Shown here piece after piece: positions 9,497-17,467 of a stretch of 64,000 bases of DNA. The notes under the pieces were generated by a model. The model saw nothing but the letters and a program-made list of their open reading frames with translations, was not told the DNA's origin and did no database searches. The DNA comes from an uncultured Chloroflexia bacterium (GTDB taxonomy: Bacteria > Chloroflexota > Anaerolineae > Anaerolineales > UBA4823), in the NCBI GenBank assembly GCA_963743215.1, contig CAVUOY010000007.1, positions 121,019 through 185,018 of the forward strand, written 5' to 3'. The first letter of the stretch is position 1, and each line of letters opens with the position of its first letter. The position numbers were made by a program, and so were the translations under genes.

Positions 9497-10162
9497 ATGG
9501 CATCAAAAATAAGCCAATGGCTGGATGAACGTACTTCGATCAGCAAGATTTGGGAAGTTATCTTCCTGCGGAAAATACCAAAGGTCAATTGGTTTTATAC
9601 ACTCGGGAGTGCCTCCTTATTCGTTGCCCTCAATCAGGCAATTACCGGCATCTTATTGACCATTTATTACGTCCCCACACCCGATCACGCCTACGACAGT
9701 GTTCAATATATTACCACCCAGGTTCCTTTAGGATGGCTGATCCGTGGGCTGCACCATTGGGGTGCCAGCGCCTTGATCATTCTGGTTGTCTTGCATATGC
9801 TCAGGGTGATCCTGTTCGGAGCTTATAAATTTCCCCGTGAAGTCACCTGGTTTACCGGCGTGATCTTGCTATTGGTGGTAATTGGTTTCGGCTTTACGGG
9901 CTATCTATTACCTTGGGATCAAAAAGCATTCTGGGCAACTACCGTCGGTACACAAATCGCGGGAACTCCACCGCTGATAGGGAATTATCTGCTGCGCATT
10001 ATCCGCGGTGGCAGCGAGATATCTGCAGTCACATTGGTACGCTTCTTCGGTACCCATGTATGGGTACTCCCAGCCATCTTACTCCTGCTCATCGGGATCC
10101 ACCTTTTCCTGGTCATCCGTAACGGCATCAGTGCAGTGCCAAAGAAAGGCGGCGACCAATGA
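9497..10162 (+). CDS. cytochrome b6-like (cytochrome b N-terminal four-helix) subunit
   Basis: WFYTLGSASLF..., GLHHWGASALIILVVLHMLRV, GYLLPWDQKAFWATTV conserved cytochrome b signatures; starts 2 nt after Rieske stop. Confidence 0.9.
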   Translation: MASKISQWLDERTSISKIWEVIFLRKIPKVNWFYTLGSASLFVALNQAITGILLTIYYVPTPDHAYDSVQYITTQVPLGWLIRGLHHWGASALIILVVLHMLRVILFGAYKFPREVTWFTGVILLLVVIGFGFTGYLLPWDQKAFWATTVGTQIAGTPPLIGNYLLRIIRGGSEISAVTLVRFFGTHVWVLPAILLLLIGIHLFLVIRNGISAVPKKGGDQ

Positions 10163-12279
10163 ACGAGAAAGAAAAGCAGGCTTACCTTGAGAAATATCAC
10201 CAGGAAAAAGAGCACGGCGTCCCATTTTTCCCAGATATCATCTTCAAAGACGTCGTAATATCCTTTGTCATATTTTTAATCTTGATCGTGCTCGCATCCC
10301 GTCTCGGGGCTCCCCTGGAAGCCCGTGCAAATCCGGCGGATACGTCTTACACCCCACAACCCGAATGGTATTTCTTATTCCTATACCAACTATTAAAATA
10401 CTTCCCCGGTAAGCTCGAGGTGGTGGGTATTGTGCTCATCCCTATGGTTGCGATCATTGTGCTATTTTTATTACCACTCCTGGACCGGTCCACGAAACGT
10501 CATTTTCTGGATCGTCCGATCGTCTCTGGCGTCACGCTGTTGGTTGTGGCAGGAATAATCACGCTCACCATCCTGTCAGTCCGTGAAGCTCCTCCTCCGG
10601 TTCAGGCGACCCAAGGAGATCCCGTCGCCCTGCTATATACCCAAAACTGCGCGCCCTGCCATGGTTCATCGATCAGTGTTCCAGCCGGGACAAACCTTCA
10701 TAACCTGATTGCCCAAGGTTCACACGCAGGAATGCCCGCCTGGAGTGGAGATTTATCCTCCGATCAGATCGATGAGCTTGCCGGTTTCATTCTTTCACCG
10801 GGGGGAAGTCAGCTTTTCAATACGAATTGTGGATCCTGCCATAAAGTAGAAGATTTGGTCGGTGGAAATCCACTCGACCTAAAAAACGCTATTGATGAAG
10901 GTCTTAACTTTTCCCCGCATGCTCAACTCCAGGCTTCTGACTTGTCTGCAAATTTAACCTCCGACGAGAAAACCACATTACTTAATTTCTTGATTGCGCC
11001 GGATGGTCAGCGTTTATTCACCATCTATTGTTCAGCTTGCCATGGTCAATCCGTTGCCTATTCAGGTGAAGAAGCTCAGCTACGCCAGACAATTATCCAG
11101 GGGGGGCAGCATATTACCATGCCTGCCTGGCAAAACACACTCAGCACAGCTCAGATCGAGACACTGGCAAATTTCGTTGTGATTCCTTCTTCGGAACCTA
11201 CTGGACCAACTTTATTCCGACAGTACTGCTCTACCTGCCATGGAACCCTCATCCCCACCGCCACAGACGTCGATCAAGCTCGTCAGGTTATCGCCACTGG
11301 AGGCGCACATCAAACCATGCCAGACTGGGGAAAGGTACTCACCCAGGCTCAGATCGATGCCCTGGTGAATTTCGTCATATCCTCAACTCAAGGAACTTCT
11401 GTTGAGCGGGGTCAAACCTTGTTTGCCCAGAACTGCGCCATTTGCCACGGTGATTTTGGAGAAGGCGGTCCCAATCCGGCTAATCAAAATCAGATCATTG
11501 CTCCCATAGGATCAGCAGAATTTCTGAATACCCGCGATGATACTACCTTGTTCCAGATCATCTCTCAAGGGCAACCCGACCAGGGTATGTCGCCATTCGG
11601 CTCTGCCAATGGGGGTAATTTAGATGATGATCAGATCAATTCAATCGTGGCGTACATTCGCTCATGGCAGGCAAACCCGCCTGTGACAGCACCACCGCAA
11701 TATACCATTCCTATCCTGTCACTTTCTGCCAGCGATGTGTATAAAACCATCTGTACCCAATGCCATGGGCAAGAAGGTGCAGGAACCATATTGGGACCAA
11801 CATTAAACGACTTGTCTGACGACACCGATGAGGAAATTTCCACGGTGATCGGTCAGGGTATATCGAATACCAACATGCTCTCGTTTGGTTCCTTCTTATC
11901 AGATAGTCAAATCCAGGGATTGGTGGCACTTATTCGCCAGTTCCCTCCATCAGAAACGTCCCCGCTGGGAACTCCCACTGTTGAGCCAATTTCATCCACT
12001 CCTACATTTGAAGCGGATATCTTGCCCATTTTCGAACAAGACTGTAAGGTGTGCCATGGAACATTAGGCGGCTGGGACAGCACTACTTATCAAGCGGTGA
12101 TGACTACGGGTGATCATGCTCCGGTTGTGATCCCTGGAGACACGATCAATAGTCTCTTGGCTCAAAAACTGGTAGGAACTTCTACGACTGGCGGAATTAT
12201 GCCTCCGGGTGGAGAGCTTCCCGATGCGATCATAAAAATTATCCTGGACTGGATCGCGGCAGGTGCACCTGAGAAATAG
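10159..12279 (+). CDS. cytochrome bc subunit IV (cytochrome b C-terminal part) fused to seven monohaem cytochrome c domains
   Basis: ATGA overlap with cytochrome b6 gene; PEWYFLFLYQLLKYFPG motif and 3 TM helices; then CAPCHG, CGSCH, CSACHG, CSTCHG, CAICHG, CTQCHG, CKVCHG each with downstream Met-containing class I-like segment; ends WIAAGAPEK. Confidence 0.85.
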   Translation: MNEKEKQAYLEKYHQEKEHGVPFFPDIIFKDVVISFVIFLILIVLASRLGAPLEARANPADTSYTPQPEWYFLFLYQLLKYFPGKLEVVGIVLIPMVAIIVLFLLPLLDRSTKRHFLDRPIVSGVTLLVVAGIITLTILSVREAPPPVQATQGDPVALLYTQNCAPCHGSSISVPAGTNLHNLIAQGSHAGMPAWSGDLSSDQIDELAGFILSPGGSQLFNTNCGSCHKVEDLVGGNPLDLKNAIDEGLNFSPHAQLQASDLSANLTSDEKTTLLNFLIAPDGQRLFTIYCSACHGQSVAYSGEEAQLRQTIIQGGQHITMPAWQNTLSTAQIETLANFVVIPSSEPTGPTLFRQYCSTCHGTLIPTATDVDQARQVIATGGAHQTMPDWGKVLTQAQIDALVNFVISSTQGTSVERGQTLFAQNCAICHGDFGEGGPNPANQNQIIAPIGSAEFLNTRDDTTLFQIISQGQPDQGMSPFGSANGGNLDDDQINSIVAYIRSWQANPPVTAPPQYTIPILSLSASDVYKTICTQCHGQEGAGTILGPTLNDLSDDTDEEISTVIGQGISNTNMLSFGSFLSDSQIQGLVALIRQFPPSETSPLGTPTVEPISSTPTFEADILPIFEQDCKVCHGTLGGWDSTTYQAVMTTGDHAPVVIPGDTINSLLAQKLVGTSTTGGIMPPGGELPDAIIKIILDWIAAGAPEK

Positions 12280-12281
12280 GC

Positions 12282-13769
12282 GTGATGGCTGAGTTTTTTA
12301 CCAATAACATTATCCTTGTATACTTCTTTTATGGATTGTCCTTCTTTGTGATGGGATTGGCAGTCCTGCTCGAATTTGGACATGCCTCAAAGTTGGATTT
12401 TTCACGTGCCTTACGCCCATTAATTGGTTTCGGTTTAATCCATGGATGCCACGAGTGGTTCGAGATGTTTCTGCTTATTCGCGAGCGCGTTACCGGACCA
12501 TTCGCTGCTCCTTGGATTTTGCCGGTTCGATTAATGGCTTTAGCAACATCATTTCTATTTTTAATCGCCTTTGGAGCTCGGCTGATCAGCGGGGTTGAAA
12601 AACGTCGCTTATACGTTGGAATGCTATCGATAATCACCGCAATCTGGGTGATTGGTCTGCTTGGGGTACTGTTCAACCCCTCCACAAGCCAAAGCCGCGC
12701 CATCGCTGCCGACGTCTATACCCGCTATGCTTTGGCAATTCCAGGCGCAGCTCTCACTGTTTGGGGATTGATCATTCAGCGCCGTAAATTCATCCAGATT
12801 GGCATGTCCAGTTTTGGGTTTGATGTCTTGTTGGCAGCCATTGCTTTTGGTTTGTATGGGGGTATTGGCCAATTATTTGTTAGCAAGAGTATCATCTTTC
12901 CTTCTCAATATTTAAACTCTGCAGAATTCCTAAGCTGGTTTGGGTTTCCGATTCAGGTCTTCCGGGCTGGCACAGCCACCATGGCTGCCATCTTCATCAC
13001 CCGTTCACTACGCGCTTTTGAGGTCGAAAGCAACCGCCGCATCGAAGAGCTTCGTGACGCCCAGTTGGCTGAACAACAGCGACTGGATGACTTACGGGCA
13101 GAATTACTCCATCGGACCGTGATCGCCCAGGAATCTGAACGGCGACGCATCGCCCGTGAGTTACACGATGAAACCGGTCAGACTTTAACCGCTCTCGGAA
13201 TGGGTTTACGAGGAATGTCTGAGACCATCTCCACCAATCGCGACCGGGCGATTGAACAGGCTAGTCAGCTCGAAAAATTAGCCATGGCTGGGGTTGAAGA
13301 GCTGCAGCATATGGTCTCTGGTCTTCATCCTCCTCAGCTGGATGATTTGGGCTTGTTGGCAGCATTGCGTTGGTATACATCTGATATTAGTAATCGCACC
13401 GGTTTGGTCATTAATATAGTCAACCAAGGTGGTAAGCCAAAATTAACTTCAGACATACGGGCTGTGGTATTCCGCATTGCACAGGAAGCGATCAACAATG
13501 TCGTCCGCCACGCCAATGCCAGTCGCATTGATATCCAATTGGTCTATACCCACAATAATATCTATCTTCGGGTTGAAGATAACGGTCAGGGTTTTAATAC
13601 CGAACTGGTCTTGAAAAAAAAGCCAGGCAGACCAACCGCCTGGGGATTGCTTGGAATGGTTGAACGTGCCTCGTTGGTAGGTGGATCTTGTAATATTTTT
13701 TCTCATCCCGGGAAAGGCACACTTATAGAAGTCAATGTACCCATTATCGGAGAGACACAAAATGCATGA
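12282..13769 (+). CDS. sensor histidine kinase, HisKA_3/NarX-LiaS type, multi-pass membrane sensor domain
   Basis: About 6-7 N-terminal TM helices with no large periplasmic loop; ERRRIARELHDETGQTLTAL phospho-acceptor box; HATPase region (NNVVRHANA, DNGQGF, GLLGMVERA). Confidence 0.85.
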   Translation: MMAEFFTNNIILVYFFYGLSFFVMGLAVLLEFGHASKLDFSRALRPLIGFGLIHGCHEWFEMFLLIRERVTGPFAAPWILPVRLMALATSFLFLIAFGARLISGVEKRRLYVGMLSIITAIWVIGLLGVLFNPSTSQSRAIAADVYTRYALAIPGAALTVWGLIIQRRKFIQIGMSSFGFDVLLAAIAFGLYGGIGQLFVSKSIIFPSQYLNSAEFLSWFGFPIQVFRAGTATMAAIFITRSLRAFEVESNRRIEELRDAQLAEQQRLDDLRAELLHRTVIAQESERRRIARELHDETGQTLTALGMGLRGMSETISTNRDRAIEQASQLEKLAMAGVEELQHMVSGLHPPQLDDLGLLAALRWYTSDISNRTGLVINIVNQGGKPKLTSDIRAVVFRIAQEAINNVVRHANASRIDIQLVYTHNNIYLRVEDNGQGFNTELVLKKKPGRPTAWGLLGMVERASLVGGSCNIFSHPGKGTLIEVNVPIIGETQNA

Positions 13770-14415
13770 TATTAATTTATTACTCGTTGATGATCATCAA
13801 GTGGTACGTACCGGATTAAGAATGCTTTTGGAAGGTCAGCCAGATATGAAAATTGTTGGTGAAGCTGATAGCGGTCTACAAGCACTCGAAAAAGCCAAAG
13901 AATTATCGCCCGATGTAATCGTGATGGATATTACCCTGCCAGATATCTCCGGGATTGAGGCTACAAAACGGATCAAGGAAGAGCTGCCAAATACGGCAGT
14001 GGTTGCTCTGACAATCCATGAGGATGAGCAATATTTCTTTGAGATGTTGCAAGCGGGTGCCTCAGGTTACGTTCCAAAACGTGCCGCTCCAGAAGACCTG
14101 ATCACCTCTATTCGGGCTGCCTATGCAGGGGAAATTTATATATATCCTTCCTTGGCTAAAGCCCTGGTAGCTGACTTCCTGGGTCGTTCATCCCAAGGGA
14201 ACGAGAAGTCATCCATCGATGGGTTGACGACCCGTGAACAAGAAGTGTTGGGCCTTTTAGCTGAGGGGTTGAGCAATGACGAAATTGGAGAATCATTACA
14301 AATCAGCAAACACACGGTTGCCCGCCATCGCGAAAACCTGATGCGCAAGCTGGAACTGCACTCACGCAGCGAATTGGTAAAATACGCCATACGGAAGGGA
14401 TTAATCTCAGCTTGA
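13762..14415 (+). CDS. NarL/FixJ-family response regulator (REC + LuxR-type HTH)
   Basis: LLVDDHQVVR...DVIVMDITLPD receiver motifs; C-terminal LTTREQEVLGLLAEGLSNDEIGESLQISKHTV; GGAGAG RBS; overlaps kinase stop by 8 nt. Confidence 0.9.
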   Translation: MHDINLLLVDDHQVVRTGLRMLLEGQPDMKIVGEADSGLQALEKAKELSPDVIVMDITLPDISGIEATKRIKEELPNTAVVALTIHEDEQYFFEMLQAGASGYVPKRAAPEDLITSIRAAYAGEIYIYPSLAKALVADFLGRSSQGNEKSSIDGLTTREQEVLGLLAEGLSNDEIGESLQISKHTVARHRENLMRKLELHSRSELVKYAIRKGLISA

Positions 14416-14533
14416 TTTAGGTTAGTTTCCCTATTCATAAATCGGGTGCCAACACTATTGACGTAAGCCTTCCAATTCTTTATGATATAACCAGATAAGA
14501 AAATTGTCGGTATTGTATTCTTGGGAGGTAGAT

Positions 14534-14824
14534 ATGCGTAAAGTACAATTTCATGCCACTTTTTGGACGTTTTTGATCGCCATCCCGTTCACCGCCCTGG
14601 CCTTGATTGGTGTGGCTTTTCTGACGGAAAATCTTACCCTTATTGTTAATGCCATCAGTAAATTCAGCCGTAGTATTTCTGTGGGCGGGCGTGGCTTGCT
14701 TTTGGAGTTTTCTGCCCGCTGGCCAGAGATTGCAGGCATGGTGATTGGCATGATCGTGATCCTTACTATCTACCTGTTTGCCCAGAATGCTAATAAAGCC
14801 GAAGAAAATAAAAAAGTAAATTAA
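14534..14824 (+). CDS. hypothetical two-pass membrane protein
   Basis: GGGAGG RBS before ATG 14534; two hydrophobic helices; no recognisable family. Confidence 0.4.
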   Translation: MRKVQFHATFWTFLIAIPFTALALIGVAFLTENLTLIVNAISKFSRSISVGGRGLLLEFSARWPEIAGMVIGMIVILTIYLFAQNANKAEENKKVN

Positions 14825-14852
14825 CTATCCTGATCAAAATAACCTACTCTAG

Positions 14853-14900
14853 CTTGCGTCAGGTCGAGTAACTCGGTTTCCCTGGCGCAAGTTGTATTTA
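14853..14900 (+). terminator. putative stem-loop terminator
   Basis: CTTGCGTCAGG (14853-14863) pairs with CCTGGCGCAAG (14881-14891, one G-U), followed by TTGTATTTATAT. Confidence 0.4.
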
Positions 14901-15174
14901 TATAACCTGCCGATCAAACTTTATTCATCCCAGAATTCGTTTGTAAATTTTCATACAAACTACTCATCTCACCCTAATTTTGTGGTAGAATTATATAGGG
15001 TGTTTAGCCTATGTTTAATGGTGCGTTCAACTATATTAATGTTTGAATAAACGAACCCCAATGTCATTGCTTTATGATCTTCGCCGAAGGAGGAACAATA
15101 TCCAAAATATATACAATATCCAATACTCATCTGGTTCGTTGTAATGTTTTCTATTCCCTCATGAGGAGAGATCT

Positions 15175-17397
15175 ATGAATTACAAGAAATATCTTATTGT
15201 CGGTTTGCTGCTGATTGGCCTGGCTCTGGCCATAGCGGCCTGTTCGAGTCCACCTGCAACTACCGCTGTGGTACCACCCACTCAGGCATGCCCGACATGC
15301 CCTGCAGCTCCAGCTTGCCCGACAGCAGAGCCTTGCCCTGTTCCTGTGGTCGCAGATGTGCCATTTCAAGAAGCCTGGGTGAATTCTCCCCACGCTGATG
15401 CGACCGCTGAGGCATTCCGCCATTGGGATGAGGATGATCCGAAAGAAGTCCCCACCAGTTGTGCCAAATGCCACACCCCCACCGGTTATATGGATTTCCT
15501 GGGTGCCGATGGTTCCGCAGCTGGTGTTGTGGATGCCGCCCAACCAGTCAGCAATGGTATCACCTGTGTTGCCTGCCATAACGATACTGCCGCTGCCCTT
15601 TCTGAAGTGACCTTCCCTTCCGGAGCAGTTGTCTCAGATCTGGGTCCTTCAGCACGCTGCATGGTTTGCCATCAGGGTCGTGCATCTGGTGCCGATATTA
15701 ACGCCCAAATCGCTACCAATGTCCTGACTGACACGCTTGACACTGTCAGCACCGAGCTAAAATTCACCAACATCCACTATTTCGCAGCAGCCTCAACATT
15801 ATATGGTAGTGTGGTGAGTGGTGGTTACCAATATGCCGGCAACGAATACGATGGCAAGTTCCAACATGCTGGTGGGTTAGATTCCTGCATAAATTGCCAT
15901 AATCAGCATACACTGGAAATCAGAGTCGAAACTTGCCAGGAATGCCATACCAACGTCTCTTCTAAAGCAGATTTGGTAAACATCCGTATGAATGGCTCCC
16001 TTGAAGACTATAATGGAAACGGAGATGTCACCGAAGGGATTTCAGCTGAAGTTTCCGGTCTCCAGAGTATGCTTCTGCAGGCTATCCAGGCTTATGGAAA
16101 AGAGGTCGCCGGCACACCCATTGGATATGACGCAGCCACTAACCCGTACTTCTTCATCGATACCAATGACAATGGAACCATTGATGCTGACGAAGCCAAC
16201 TCGGATAACCGCTATGCTTCCTGGACCGGTCGGCTGTTGAAGGCTGCATTTAACTACCAGCTTTCAATCAAAGACCCCGGCGCTTTCGCTCACAATGCCA
16301 AGTATGTCATTGAGCTGGTGTATGACTCAATCGCTGACCTGAACACTAAACTGGCTTCACCGGTCGATCTCACCAAGGCTCATCGCACAGATGCAGGGCA
16401 CTTCGCAGCCACAGAGATGGCTTTCCGTGATTGGGATGGTGAAGGTGCTGTACCAGCCACCTGCTCCAAATGCCACTCGGCCACAGGATTGCCTCTATTC
16501 ATACATGAAGCAGCTGCTTCCAGTGACGGCGTTACCGGTGTGACGATTAGCCAACCCGTCTCACAGGGTTTCGCCTGCACAACCTGCCATGATGGCTCCA
16601 ACTTCCCCGCCACTTACGCGGTAGAAGCGGTGAAGTTCCCAAGTGGATCCATCCTTACCTTTGGAGATGAAGCTCCAGCTAACATATGTATTGAATGCCA
16701 TCAGGGTCGCGAATCCACCGTTAGCGTCAATAAAGCGATTGGTGATAAACCTGCTGACACCGTCGATGCCACCTTGCGCTTCAGAAATCCGCACTATTTT
16801 GGTGCTGGTGCCACGTTATTTGGAACCGAAGCTCAAGGAGCCTATGAATATACTGGTAAAACATACCTGGGACATCATGCTCACGTAGATGCTGGTCAAT
16901 CATGCGTAACCTGCCACAATGTACATGATTTATCAATCAACACTCAGCTTTGTGCAGGCTGCCATGGTGGTGCTACCGAACCGGAAAAAATCCGCATGGG
17001 AACCACCGACTATGACGGTGATGCCAATACCACCGAAGGCATGTACGATGAAGTTGCCACCGTGGAAGAACTGCTCCTGGCCGCAATTCAGAAGTATGCT
17101 ACTGATAAAGCAGGCTCTCCGGTTGTATACGATGCCGCATCCTACCCGTATTTCTTCATCGATACGAATGCAAATGGTGTTGGCGATCCAGACGAATTAG
17201 TCAGAGCTAATGGTTATGCTTCCTGGACGCCTCGCATGCTCCGCGCATCCTACAATTACCAGTGGGTCCAGAAGGATCCGGGTGCCTTTACTCACAATGG
17301 CAAGTACATCTTGCAAGTCCTATATGACAGCCTCCAGGATGTCGGCGGTGATGTTACGAAGCTGACCCGCCCAGTAATCCCTGCTGTTACCCCATAA
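15175..17397 (+). CDS. decahaem cytochrome c lipoprotein with internal two-fold (2 x 5 haem) repeat
   Basis: Signal peptide with lipobox LAIAAC; Cys/Pro-rich tether; 10 CXXCH (5 per half); halves aa 70-390 and 407-725 align motif by motif; GAGGAGAG RBS. Confidence 0.85.
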   Translation: MNYKKYLIVGLLLIGLALAIAACSSPPATTAVVPPTQACPTCPAAPACPTAEPCPVPVVADVPFQEAWVNSPHADATAEAFRHWDEDDPKEVPTSCAKCHTPTGYMDFLGADGSAAGVVDAAQPVSNGITCVACHNDTAAALSEVTFPSGAVVSDLGPSARCMVCHQGRASGADINAQIATNVLTDTLDTVSTELKFTNIHYFAAASTLYGSVVSGGYQYAGNEYDGKFQHAGGLDSCINCHNQHTLEIRVETCQECHTNVSSKADLVNIRMNGSLEDYNGNGDVTEGISAEVSGLQSMLLQAIQAYGKEVAGTPIGYDAATNPYFFIDTNDNGTIDADEANSDNRYASWTGRLLKAAFNYQLSIKDPGAFAHNAKYVIELVYDSIADLNTKLASPVDLTKAHRTDAGHFAATEMAFRDWDGEGAVPATCSKCHSATGLPLFIHEAAASSDGVTGVTISQPVSQGFACTTCHDGSNFPATYAVEAVKFPSGSILTFGDEAPANICIECHQGRESTVSVNKAIGDKPADTVDATLRFRNPHYFGAGATLFGTEAQGAYEYTGKTYLGHHAHVDAGQSCVTCHNVHDLSINTQLCAGCHGGATEPEKIRMGTTDYDGDANTTEGMYDEVATVEELLLAAIQKYATDKAGSPVVYDAASYPYFFIDTNANGVGDPDELVRANGYASWTPRMLRASYNYQWVQKDPGAFTHNGKYILQVLYDSLQDVGGDVTKLTRPVIPAVTP

Positions 17398-17420
17398 ATC
17401 CTTAAAGGATCAGATAATAA

Positions 17421-17456
17421 AGACCGGATGCACGGTGCATCCGGTCTTTATTGTTT
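17421..17456 (+). terminator. rho-independent terminator
   Basis: AGACCGGATGCAC / GTGCATCCGGTCT inverted repeat (17421-17447) followed by TTATTGTTT. Confidence 0.7.
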
Positions 17457-17467
17457 ATTAATCACAT

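Noticed and set aside
15175-17397. Calling the decahaem lipoprotein an MtrC/OmcA homologue
   Set aside because: The similarity is limited to size, lipobox, haem count and the 5+5 layout. I cannot align it to MtrC/OmcA from memory, so it is kept as a hypothesis in the findings rather than a feature call.
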